From a virus: DNA of 64,000 nucleotides. The notes below the pieces were generated by a model. It was not told the DNA's origin, searched no databases, and saw nothing but the letters and a program-made list of their open reading frames with translations. A program made the position numbers and the translations under genes. Where the stretch lies: the IMG/VR virus record IMGVR_UViG_3300042311_001406, positions 27,323 to 91,322 of that record; one strand, written 5' to 3'. Positions 1 to 8,981 of the stretch are shown here, one piece after another. How positions within the stretch are numbered: position 1 is the first letter of the stretch; every line of letters begins with the position of its first letter.

Positions 1-513
1 ATGATGAACCGGATCGAGTCTCAGTTCTGCAAACTGCTCTCTGGGAGCAGCCAGGAGATGGCTGGCAACATGGCCATTCTTGCTGCTGGCGCGACGGCGG
101 CCAGCCTGTCCCTGACCGCGACCAGGTTCATGCTGGTGGCCTGGCTGGCTCCGCTGCTCATCAATAACGACATGAGCTCGCTGGTGTCCCAGCTGCAGGC
201 AATGGGCGCTGTGCGGGCGGCGCAGGCGTTGCGGGAGGGCAGGGTCGAAGACTTCGTGGCGATGAAGCCAAGCGAATCGACACAAGCCGGGGCCAGCGAA
301 ACCCTGATTGAGGAGCTCCGCGGAAGACTTCGTGACGAGAACGAATACGCGGCTTACGCTGCGGCCAGTGCACAAGTTTCTGGGCAGCACAACTCGGTCA
401 TGATGGCCGGAGCCGTGACTGCCGACATCAAGATCGCCCAGCGTGACGAACTTCAGCGACGTGAGCAGGCCGCAAGAAATCTGAGACGGTTGGCGGAGGA
501 CATCCCCGTATGA
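1..513 (+). CDS. hypothetical protein, probably 5'-truncated, upstream of baseplate genes
   Basis: Open frame from the window edge; stop overlaps the next ATG (ATGA). Confidence 0.6.
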   Translation: MMNRIESQFCKLLSGSSQEMAGNMAILAAGATAASLSLTATRFMLVAWLAPLLINNDMSSLVSQLQAMGAVRAAQALREGRVEDFVAMKPSESTQAGASETLIEELRGRLRDENEYAAYAAASAQVSGQHNSVMMAGAVTADIKIAQRDELQRREQAARNLRRLAEDIPV

Positions 514-932
514 GCGACATCAGCCTCTTCACCTTGGACAGAGACGGCATCGTCGTCTTCAGCATGAAGGGCATCGATCGCGAGGTGTCTGGGCCGGCTG
601 AAGCGCTGCAGCTTGTCGCGAAGTGCATGCTCACCGAGCCAGGCAGCGACGCCTTTGCTCCCAGCGACGGCGGCGGCGTCAAGGACATGATGGCCAAGGG
701 GATGCAGGGCGTCGAGAGCACCCGAGTGGATGCCGCCATCATCGTACGCAAGACGATGGAGACCATCCGGCGCACGCAGCGCAGTGACCGCCCAGCCAAT
801 GCCACCGTGGTTGCGCTGGAACTCGTTGACGCCGTCCCAGTCCGCAACGACACCAAGATCATCATGCGTGTCAGAATTCGTCTGCAGGACGGCAGTTCTT
901 TCGTTTCAGGCTTCCGAGGTGTCTATGGTTGA
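510..932 (+). CDS. baseplate wedge protein, gp25/GpW-like
   Basis: LQLVAKCMLTEPGSDAFAPSDGGG resembles the gp25 L-T-x-x-G...P-x-x-G signature; 140 aa; directly precedes a J-like gene. Confidence 0.65.
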   Translation: MSDISLFTLDRDGIVVFSMKGIDREVSGPAEALQLVAKCMLTEPGSDAFAPSDGGGVKDMMAKGMQGVESTRVDAAIIVRKTMETIRRTQRSDRPANATVVALELVDAVPVRNDTKIIMRVRIRLQDGSSFVSGFRGVYG

Positions 933-3255
933 CGATCGCTACCGCGCCAATGCCGAGTCCTACATTGCCGGCGTCATCAAAGCCGACAACCCAGACATCA
1001 GCGTCGACGGCGCTGGCGTCAGCAGCCTGATCGTAAAGCCAGGTGGCGCCATCGCCAGCGCCTTCCTGCAGGAGCTGGAGCACACTCGCAGCGCTCGCGA
1101 CATCAGCGACCCGGAAGCGATCAGCGAAGAGGACATGGACCTGAACCTGTCCACCCTTTTGGTGCCGCGTCTGCGTGGCCTCAAGTCGACTGGACCCGTC
1201 AACATCCACTTCACGACGCGCACGCGAAAGCAGCTCACGGCGGGCACACGGGTCAGCACCAGGGACCAGCAGTACGTCTACGTCCTCGACAACGACCTCG
1301 TCTTCGAGGAGTTCGATTTCATCGCGAATCCCGACGACGGCACGTACTACGTGCGCGCAACATTCTCAGCCGAGAACGAGGGCGAATCGTACGATCTGGA
1401 CATCGGCCAGATCAACACCATCATCGACAACAACGTCGGCGCCTCGTACGTCAGGAACCCGGAGCGCTTCCAAAGCGGCGAAGACGCACAGTCGAACACC
1501 GGCTACCTGCGCTACGTTGGCCGTGGCGTCAGCGTGCGAACACCCGTCGTCAGCGACGGTGCAACCTTCACCGTTCAGCAGCTCTTCGGCCTCAAAGTCC
1601 TGGACGTGCTCAACGTCGGCAATGGCGACAGCGAGATGCTGCGAGACGAACTCCACCGACAGCCAGATGGAACCCTCGATCTGCTGCCGACTGGAACCCC
1701 CACCGGCATCCACATTGGCGGCCGCAGCGACATCTACCACTGGTACAAGCGCGTCAACTACATCGAGGTCACGATCGACCTGAGCACTGACCTGGTGCTG
1801 ATCTCAGCGTCATCTGTCGGCGCTGCATCGATCGTTGCAGGCCTCGCGAATGGTGTGACTGCAGTGAATGCTGTCCCCCAGAGTGGGAAGCTGGTCATCG
1901 AGCTTGGCGCTGGCCGCGAAGAGACGGTGCAGTACACGTCGTGGACCTTCAACACGACGACGCAGCAGTACACGTTCCAGCTGGCGACGACGCTGACTCA
2001 GCCGCACAGCGCGCAAGCCACTGTCAAGATCGCTGGCGATGGCCGTGTTGCCATTGGTCCGGGAACCAAGATCGATCGCCTCCCGGTGCTGCGTGTGCAA
2101 AGCGTTCAGCTGTTGGACCCGTTGACGCTGTCCCCTGTTGGCGACTTGGTTCCGAAGACCACTGCCGCAAGCCGCAAGCCAGGCTGGTACATCTCGGACA
2201 TCAACAAGTTCAACCACCTCAGCGCCAAGGAGACCAAGACGCTGGTGATTGACGAGAAGGTTGATGTCGACGGCAACAGCGCAGTGCACGACACCAATGG
2301 CGTCACCAGCGCAGGAAGCCGAACGCTCACGTCGACGACGGTGAACTTCACTGGCCGCAAAGGACAGACAGTGACGTTGACGTTCGCGGATGGGACGAAA
2401 CGCTCGTTCCCCATCATCGGCTTGCTGTCTTCGACGTCGGTGTTCCTTGGTCCAGATGGCGTACTGCCGACACAGTCTGGTGTGACGATCGACATCGAGG
2501 CGCAGTCTGGTGATTACCTCCAGTACGCCATTCGCGTCGGGTACTACACCCACGTCGAAGCCATGTCGTTGCAGGAGCAGCTGGACACTCCGCGCAAGCG
2601 TGTCGTCACCAGCAACATCCTGAGCCGGCTTTTCTATCCGGTCTTCCTCGACTTCAAGCTCCGCTACAAGGGGACAGGGACCGAAGCCGACGTTCGCGAG
2701 GCCGTACTGCGCCTGATCCAGCAAAGCCAAGGCAACGCCCTTGGCGAGAACGACGGCGCCAGGTTCGAGGCCAGCGACATCATCGCCGCAGCCTACGAGG
2801 ACAACCTGGCGACGTACGTCGAAATGCCATTCGAGATCAAGGTGACGACTGTTCACCCAGACCAAGCAGATACCGTGTCGTGGGTCTCGCCCAGCATCAA
2901 GACCATCGTGCCCATGGTCATCTCCACCAGCGCCATCGCCAATGATGGCTACGTGCGGGCTCGATTCCCAACGGGCACCGCCGCGGTCGCCATCCCTTCC
3001 ACCGGAAAACTCTTCCTGGGCGCCTTCGAGACCAACAAGGAGGTCGTGAACTACACCGGCTTCTTTGTCGCCGAGGACGGGCAGTATTGGTTCATGGTCG
3101 ACGGACAAGTCACGTACACGCACCAGACGGCTGAGCCGCTCTCTGTGACGGTTGCCGACTACGACCCAGCCAACGTCATCACCGATGGCGTGATCAGTGC
3201 CGACAGAATCCATCGACCATACTTCGGCGTCGTCGCCGTGGAGAAGATCCAGTGA
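925..3255 (+). CDS. baseplate J-like wedge protein
   Basis: Start reassigned to ATG 925 (GAGG upstream). J-like pattern LIVKPG...R.G.KSTG.V...AGTRV...AENEGESYDL.IGQI...NPERFQSGED. Confidence 0.75.
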   Translation: MVDDRYRANAESYIAGVIKADNPDISVDGAGVSSLIVKPGGAIASAFLQELEHTRSARDISDPEAISEEDMDLNLSTLLVPRLRGLKSTGPVNIHFTTRTRKQLTAGTRVSTRDQQYVYVLDNDLVFEEFDFIANPDDGTYYVRATFSAENEGESYDLDIGQINTIIDNNVGASYVRNPERFQSGEDAQSNTGYLRYVGRGVSVRTPVVSDGATFTVQQLFGLKVLDVLNVGNGDSEMLRDELHRQPDGTLDLLPTGTPTGIHIGGRSDIYHWYKRVNYIEVTIDLSTDLVLISASSVGAASIVAGLANGVTAVNAVPQSGKLVIELGAGREETVQYTSWTFNTTTQQYTFQLATTLTQPHSAQATVKIAGDGRVAIGPGTKIDRLPVLRVQSVQLLDPLTLSPVGDLVPKTTAASRKPGWYISDINKFNHLSAKETKTLVIDEKVDVDGNSAVHDTNGVTSAGSRTLTSTTVNFTGRKGQTVTLTFADGTKRSFPIIGLLSSTSVFLGPDGVLPTQSGVTIDIEAQSGDYLQYAIRVGYYTHVEAMSLQEQLDTPRKRVVTSNILSRLFYPVFLDFKLRYKGTGTEADVREAVLRLIQQSQGNALGENDGARFEASDIIAAAYEDNLATYVEMPFEIKVTTVHPDQADTVSWVSPSIKTIVPMVISTSAIANDGYVRARFPTGTAAVAIPSTGKLFLGAFETNKEVVNYTGFFVAEDGQYWFMVDGQVTYTHQTAEPLSVTVADYDPANVITDGVISADRIHRPYFGVVAVEKIQ

Positions 3256-3734
3256 AGATTGTGTACGGAGACCTGTTCCAGGTCATGAAGAACGGGTACG
3301 ACGCTGTCGGCATCCCGACCAATGGCCACACCAACAACTCAGGCTTGGCGACCATGGGTGCAGGCGTCGCCAGGGCTGCCGTGCAGACCTTCGGCATGTG
3401 GATTCGAGAGTTCCTCGGCGCGAAGATCGACCGCCACGGCAACAATGTTCATGTGCTGCAGGCGCTCAATGCTGACGGCGACCCCATCAAGAGTCCGCCG
3501 TTCATCTTCAGCTTTCCGACGAAGCACCACTGGAGCGACAAGCGCAGCGACATGGCGCTCATCGAGAAGAGCGCTGAGCAGCTCAAGGCTGTGATCGCGG
3601 CCAACAAGTGGAAGTCGGTCTGCATGCCGGAGCCCGGAACCGGGATGGGTGGATTGCAGTGGGACGACGTCTCGAAGATCCTGGAGAAGCGCTTCGGCGA
3701 CGAGCTGACCATCGTGCGACTGCTCGGGACCTGA
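3252..3734 (+). CDS. macrodomain ADP-ribosyl hydrolase, DarG/TARG1-like
   Basis: GDLF, MGAGVA, FPTKHHW and MPEPGTGMGGLQW motifs. Confidence 0.85.
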   Translation: MKIVYGDLFQVMKNGYDAVGIPTNGHTNNSGLATMGAGVARAAVQTFGMWIREFLGAKIDRHGNNVHVLQALNADGDPIKSPPFIFSFPTKHHWSDKRSDMALIEKSAEQLKAVIAANKWKSVCMPEPGTGMGGLQWDDVSKILEKRFGDELTIVRLLGT

Positions 3735-3760
3735 CTCCAAAGGGGATCGCCTTTTGGAGT
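3734..3760. terminator. stem-loop after the macrodomain gene
   Basis: ACTCCAAAGGG-GATCG-CCTTTTGGAGT, 11-bp stem with one G-U pair; poor U-tract. Confidence 0.45.
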
Positions 3761-3794
3761 TCACAGTCGCGCTGACCGATGCCATATCTGGGGC

Positions 3795-4115
3795 ATGAAC
3801 AAGAAAGCAGCCTCACTCTTTGCGGTCATCATCACAGCCATCATCGCGGTGGCGTGTGAGCCGCCGTCGCGCGCTCTGAGCCACGAGAACAGCGGCAACA
3901 TCCAGGTTGGCGTCGAGCTCGTTGGTCACATCCCGAAGCACGACTGCGACATCTATCGCATCACCAACGCCATCGACTACCAAACGGTGGCTGTGATCTG
4001 CCAGAAGCCAGTGCAGGATGTGACGTCGGAGGAAGAGCACGCTGAGAGCTGTGGGAAGAACTGCACGCGCATGATCCGCAACACCACTGTTGTCACGGGC
4101 GCATCCAAGGATTGA
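3795..4115 (+). CDS. putative lipoprotein
   Basis: MNKK, hydrophobic stretch, then AVAC lipobox-like site. Confidence 0.65.
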   Translation: MNKKAASLFAVIITAIIAVACEPPSRALSHENSGNIQVGVELVGHIPKHDCDIYRITNAIDYQTVAVICQKPVQDVTSEEEHAESCGKNCTRMIRNTTVVTGASKD

Positions 4116-4287
4116 CCGGCTCGATGGCAGGCATGTAGAATCCTGCTGCCTTGGCGCTTGTACCTTGTCGGTGTTACCCCTTCCGCCAGACGAGGACGAG
4201 ACGACGAGGCTCGTCATCCTGCCGGTCGCCGCTGTGTCCCACCCTCCACTCAACGGCGACCGGCAAGGGTGATTTGATCCAGACACG

Positions 4288-4310
4288 AAAAAGCCGCCTC
4301 CAGGGCGGCT
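4288..4310 (-). terminator. intrinsic terminator for the H1-like gene
   Basis: GCCGCC/GGCGGC stem followed by TTTTT on the minus strand. Confidence 0.6.
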
Positions 4311-4347
4311 CTCTCGTCTGACGATGTCGGCGTCGTCAGGTTCGCAC

Positions 4348-5061
4348 TCAGGCTTCAGCGGCGCCAGGCGTGAAGCTGTCGTCGGTGTGGTCGGCGTCAG
4401 CAGCGGCCACTGGCGTGTTCTCGCTGGTGTCGACCGCCGCGGCGGCAACGGCCTTGGCCTTCTTGGCTTTCTTGGTCACGATCACGATCTCAGCCTTCGC
4501 GGCCTTGGCTTTCTTCGCGGCAGGCGCCGCCTTCTTCGAGGCCTTCGCGGCCTTCGCCGCCGCCTTCTTCGGCTCAGCCTTGGCCTTCGCCTTCGTGGCC
4601 TTGGCCTTCTTGGCGGCGGGGGCCGCCTTCTTCGCAGCCTTCGTGGCCTTCTTGGCTGGGCCAGACTTGGGCGCCTCATCGAAGTGCCACGCGTCGACAG
4701 TCGAGCAGCGGGGCGTGTAGTAGTGGACGTTGCCCTTCTCGTCGGTCGAGGCCACGAGGTACCGGCGATGAGCGCTCTGCGGGGTGCGGGTCTCGACACG
4801 CGACGGCAGGGTCTTGGCGGGGACGTGCTTCCACGCGTCGACGTTCTCGGCGAGGAACTTCTTGACGACGCCAGACTTGACGTTCCACTCGCCGCGGACC
4901 TGCGAGGACCACTCGACCGTGGTGCCAACTTCGATCCGAGGCTTGTAGGCGGCAGGCGCCGCGCTCTTGGCCTTCACCTTGGCAGCCTTGGGGGCCTTCG
5001 TCGCCTTGGCAGTCTTCGCGGCTTTCGCCGGCTTCTTCTTCGAGTTCTTCTTGCTGGCCAT
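4348..5061 (-). CDS. histone H1-like Lys/Ala-rich protein with a central globular domain
   Basis: Start at ATG 5061 (AAGGGAAG upstream). KKAA/PAAKKA repeats flank a ~85-aa beta-rich domain. Confidence 0.75.
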   Translation of the reverse strand: MASKKNSKKKPAKAAKTAKATKAPKAAKVKAKSAAPAAYKPRIEVGTTVEWSSQVRGEWNVKSGVVKKFLAENVDAWKHVPAKTLPSRVETRTPQSAHRRYLVASTDEKGNVHYYTPRCSTVDAWHFDEAPKSGPAKKATKAAKKAAPAAKKAKATKAKAKAEPKKAAAKAAKASKKAAPAAKKAKAAKAEIVIVTKKAKKAKAVAAAAVDTSENTPVAAADADHTDDSFTPGAAEA

Positions 5062-5160
5062 GTGATTCTTCCCTTGCGTGAGCGGTTGGACTTCCCTTAT
5101 AGGATCGATGCAGATGATCACAGCCTCGGATCGGCTGTCAACACGAAACTGGAGGAAATA

Positions 5161-5841
5161 GTGAGCGTTCAGACGAATACCAGCATCAAGAAGATGATTT
5201 CTGAAGACGAGATCATCATGAGGCCCATGCGCCCGGAGCAAATCAACAACGGGAGCGTCGACGTCACACTGGGCCGGTTCGCGTGGCGCCTCAAGGACAA
5301 GTTTCGTAACGACTTTGATCCAAGCAAGCCGCTGATTGGGCAGCTTTGCGTCTGCCCAACGGCCATGGTCGGACACGACATCTTCGACCTTGTCGACATC
5401 CAGCGAGACCACGGAGGTCAAATCTGGTTCGGCCCTGGTGAACGGATGATCATGCACACGCATGAGTTCATCGGAAGCCGACATCGCTCCCTTCCAGAAA
5501 TGCGCGCAAAGAGCTCGTCCATGCGGTGGGGGTTCACCTTGTCAGGGGACGCCGGATGGGGTGATGTAGGCTTCTTTTCGAGGTGGGCAACGGAGCCCGT
5601 CAACTTCAATCCATGCCCAATGGTTCTGGCTGTTGGCCAGCTGGTCGGCCAGGTCATCTTCCACGCCGTCGAGACACCGGAGGCTGGCACCCTGTATCAC
5701 GAAAAAGGGAACTACCAGAACGAGAGCGACATCGAGGAGATCATCAAGAGCTGGCATCCGCGCGATCTTTTGCCAAAGAGGATGAAAGTCGTTCCATTTG
5801 AAGCGATGAACGACGCGGACCGTTTTGGAGTGCAGCCATAG
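5161..5841 (+). CDS. dcd: dCTP deaminase (trimeric dUTPase superfamily)
   Basis: GTG start with GGAGG; QINNGSVDVTLG, KSSSMRWG, DVGF..TE, GQVIFH, GNYQN. Confidence 0.85.
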   Translation: MSVQTNTSIKKMISEDEIIMRPMRPEQINNGSVDVTLGRFAWRLKDKFRNDFDPSKPLIGQLCVCPTAMVGHDIFDLVDIQRDHGGQIWFGPGERMIMHTHEFIGSRHRSLPEMRAKSSSMRWGFTLSGDAGWGDVGFFSRWATEPVNFNPCPMVLAVGQLVGQVIFHAVETPEAGTLYHEKGNYQNESDIEEIIKSWHPRDLLPKRMKVVPFEAMNDADRFGVQP

Positions 5842-5874
5842 GCATTGAGCTACCCAGGCGGCCTCGGTCTGTAG

Positions 5875-5880
5875 TACGCT
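5875..5880 (+). promoter_or_regulatory. putative -10 box, leaderless start
   Basis: TACGCT lies 7 nt before GTG 5888; no Shine-Dalgarno. Confidence 0.35.
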
Positions 5881-5887
5881 GCCGACC

Positions 5888-8614
5888 GTGGCCAACCTCG
5901 ACACCAACCGCATCTGGCAGGCACTCGGGACCTTCTTCTCCGAATACTTCCCGGAGGAGGAGCGTCGGTACTGGGATTCGTACTGGCTGTCGTTTGCAGA
6001 CATCTGCTCCGACCTCTGGGGATACGCCTACCAGATCGACCAGTGTCGATCCGTTTTCTCGGCGCCAGCGTCCTACGAGCGCCTCAACGTCATGCTGAAC
6101 CCAGTCCTGCAGGAGCAGTTGCCGCTGCTCTCGATGCAGCTGTGCTCGGTGTCATCTGTTGGTGGCGTCAACGTCGTGCGTGGCTTCGTTCCGCGCAGCA
6201 AGCTCAGCTTCAAGAAGAACGACATCCCTGGCCGTGGGCTGATTCGCATTGGCGTCGACGTCGTTCCCTATGTTGCCGTCAACGTGATCACGGTGCCATC
6301 TGGCCCAATGGCTGGGTATGTGAGCGAGGCAACGTTCACACTGGGCAGTGTGCTGCCACACAACTACGTCGACACCATCGACCTGAACGAGTCGTTCACC
6401 AAAGACTTTGTTGATCTCGCTTTCCGCGTGCCACAGGTGCCAGGGCAGACGTACATCGATGCCACCAGTGACGGCGTCGACGTCACCCTCGACCAGACAG
6501 GTCTCTTGGAGATCGGTGTCGCTGGCTACAACCGCGAGTTGCTGGAGTACCAAAGCTTCTCTCGATCCGGCGACCGCTACGTCTTCACCTTGCCGAGCAC
6601 CTTCAAAGCTCCTGGTGGCGGCGTGCCGCCGAAGACGTCATTCTTCCACGCGCAGGGCGAGCGGGTCCGGGTCTCGAAGCTGATGTCGAGCACCGGCCGG
6701 TGGCAGTTCTTTGGTGCCGGACCGGTCCGCGTCTACAACGACAGCGCCGCAGTCATCAGCATCGACAACGAGCCATCCAGCAGCGCCTGCAGCGCTGTGC
6801 TCTCGGACACCCGCCGTATCCAGAGCAACACCGACTTCGACATGGAAGTCACTCTGATCCTGAACACGTGGATGGAGCCCACCGGCGACAGCGACCGCGC
6901 TGCAGGTTTCCGTGTGAGCGTTGGCCCACATGTGCACGATGTCGCGCTCCGCACGCGCCGTGTGGGCGCAACCACCCTCCACACCCTGGTTGCCACGACG
7001 CCGGATGGAGAGACGGTGCGACTTCTGGCCGAGAAGCCAGAGCGAGTCGTCTTCCGCATCGCCAGGACCAAGAACACGATTGAGCTTCAGGCCAAGGTCG
7101 ATGACGAGCCTGACTTCAGAACCCTGTCCTCACGAACCGTACCCGGCCTTGCCTCGGCGATGGAGCTGTTCTGCCTGGACACGGGCACCGGCACGCCATC
7201 GCTGCTGCGTTTTGACGAGATCGTTCGTCGGCTCGGACAGGCTGTTGGCAGCCAGCGGCTGGAGTCATCGTTCACCGTCAGCGACAGCTTCCCCTGGCGC
7301 TACAGCGTCGACGTGAATGTCGCGACGGCGCCACGGCTCCAAGAGGAGCCCAAAGCTCGCGCTCAGAACCTGAAGACCGTCTTCGATGTGGCAGAAAGCG
7401 GCGGCGCATCCATCCGCTGCGAGGGCGTTGGCGACGATTTCTTCGCCGCCGCCGTCCCACAAAGCGGCGTGCTCGTCATCGCAGGAAAGCGAATCGTCTA
7501 CGACAGCATCTTGCGTGTTGGACCAAAGACTTTCGACTTCTTCGTCCGCGGCGGGAAGATCGATCCAGATCTGATTCCCATCGCCATGGGCACTGACGCG
7601 ATCGCGCGCACCCGGACGCTTTCAACGTCCGAGTTCCAATTCAACGGCGACAGCACGTTGTGGTTGCGCGACCCTCCGACTCGCAGCCAGTTGTGGGCGC
7701 CGCTGGCGCATGTCGATGAGCACGAGATCCAGAAGATCTACGGGCCGCTCGTCGGCATGGATGCCGTCAAGAGCAGCGAGAGCTACGCCCGCCGCGTGCA
7801 GGGCGCGTTCTTCGCCCTCATGAACGGACCCGCGATCGAGAACGTGCACATCGGCGTTCACCTCGCTCTCGGCCTGCCTGCGGCCAAGATCGACGGGGTC
7901 GTGACCGAAGTCGCCGTGCAGCGTGACGCGGTTGGCCGGGTCATCCGCCAGACGATGACGATCTCCGGCGCTGACGGCGTCGCCATCCACGAGCTCGACC
8001 CAGGCCTGCCCTCGCTGTGGAGCGTCGGCCTCGGCGACCGCGTGGAGAAGTTCCAGCCTCTGACGTCAGGCGTTGAAGTGCTCGACGTCGAGACAGATCC
8101 GAACTGGGGCACCCGGTTCGGTGGCACGGCGCCGACGGAGAAGAGCCTGGAGCGCTGGAATGCATTCGGCGTTCTCGCTGACGTCTCGGCGCTCGGAGAT
8201 GACGCCAGCATCTACGACGCCGTGAAGTTCGCGATCCGCATCAGGCCTCTGTGGGCCAAGCTCTACTTCAGCTTCACGATGGGTGAACTTGGTCACGAGC
8301 ACCTGCAGGTGTCTGACGACAGCTTCTTCACGCAGTCTGTCGGCGACATCGAAGACATCAGCTTCGACCACGGGACACCGCCGCTGCCAGGTCAAGAGCA
8401 ATTGCGGATGGGTGACGGCCACAAGATGGGCTGGGGCAAGTTCATGGGTGACCACAACCTGTGGAAGCCGTTCCCTTTCATGAGCCCATTCCTGCACATG
8501 GGGATCGGCTTGACGATGGGCATGGAGCCTCGTGTCGTCATTGGCGATCCAGATCAGGATGGTCACGCCTACGAAGCGCTCACGGCAACCGCCATCGAAG
8601 AGGTCGATGTATGA
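5888..8614 (+). CDS. large baseplate/tail structural protein
   Basis: 908 aa, beta-rich; C-terminal GPAIENVHIGVHLALGLP and IRPLW segments resemble wedge (gpI-like) proteins; tail-gene context. Confidence 0.55.
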   Translation: MANLDTNRIWQALGTFFSEYFPEEERRYWDSYWLSFADICSDLWGYAYQIDQCRSVFSAPASYERLNVMLNPVLQEQLPLLSMQLCSVSSVGGVNVVRGFVPRSKLSFKKNDIPGRGLIRIGVDVVPYVAVNVITVPSGPMAGYVSEATFTLGSVLPHNYVDTIDLNESFTKDFVDLAFRVPQVPGQTYIDATSDGVDVTLDQTGLLEIGVAGYNRELLEYQSFSRSGDRYVFTLPSTFKAPGGGVPPKTSFFHAQGERVRVSKLMSSTGRWQFFGAGPVRVYNDSAAVISIDNEPSSSACSAVLSDTRRIQSNTDFDMEVTLILNTWMEPTGDSDRAAGFRVSVGPHVHDVALRTRRVGATTLHTLVATTPDGETVRLLAEKPERVVFRIARTKNTIELQAKVDDEPDFRTLSSRTVPGLASAMELFCLDTGTGTPSLLRFDEIVRRLGQAVGSQRLESSFTVSDSFPWRYSVDVNVATAPRLQEEPKARAQNLKTVFDVAESGGASIRCEGVGDDFFAAAVPQSGVLVIAGKRIVYDSILRVGPKTFDFFVRGGKIDPDLIPIAMGTDAIARTRTLSTSEFQFNGDSTLWLRDPPTRSQLWAPLAHVDEHEIQKIYGPLVGMDAVKSSESYARRVQGAFFALMNGPAIENVHIGVHLALGLPAAKIDGVVTEVAVQRDAVGRVIRQTMTISGADGVAIHELDPGLPSLWSVGLGDRVEKFQPLTSGVEVLDVETDPNWGTRFGGTAPTEKSLERWNAFGVLADVSALGDDASIYDAVKFAIRIRPLWAKLYFSFTMGELGHEHLQVSDDSFFTQSVGDIEDISFDHGTPPLPGQEQLRMGDGHKMGWGKFMGDHNLWKPFPFMSPFLHMGIGLTMGMEPRVVIGDPDQDGHAYEALTATAIEEVDV

Positions 8615-8949
8615 TCATCAGCGTCGCCACCAGTGATGGTGCAACCGGAGAACGGCTGCTCTTCGTCAACAAACACCGGAGCCCAGCGCTCTTGGCTGTG
8701 ATGCTGGTCAGCCTTGGACAGCCTGAGACCTGGGTGCCATCCACGGGAGAGGTCACAGCGATCGTCAAACAGATGGACCTCATCGTCGTCGACGTCACCG
8801 TCATTGGCGCCTTCAACGGCACGCTGACGCTCTCGTCATCCGGTGGCCAATGGCTGGCGGCCAGAAACGTGGTCATCGGCGTCGGCGAGCGCAAGATCGT
8901 CAGGTTCCGCTTTTCGTTCAGCGAGCAGCGAGAGAAATCGCTGTCCTGA
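8611..8949 (+). CDS. hypothetical protein
   Basis: ATG 8611 overlaps the upstream stop, GAGG upstream. Confidence 0.55.
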   Translation: MIISVATSDGATGERLLFVNKHRSPALLAVMLVSLGQPETWVPSTGEVTAIVKQMDLIVVDVTVIGAFNGTLTLSSSGGQWLAARNVVIGVGERKIVRFRFSFSEQREKSLS

Positions 8950-8981
8950 TAGCGTTCAGCAAGTCTTTGTTTCTCGTGACG

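Noticed and set aside
4348-5061. K-x-A matches in the H1-like protein as cleavage sites
   Set aside because: They are expected from its Lys/Ala composition and are uninformative.
5112-5141. Minus-strand TTGACA upstream of the H1-like gene
   Set aside because: A perfect -35 but no convincing -10 at 16-18 bp, so it was not called.
4324-5160. Arg/Leu/Gly-rich N-terminal extension of the 505-aa dCTP deaminase ORF
   Set aside because: It is the antisense of the H1-like gene; the real start is GTG 5161 with GGAGG.
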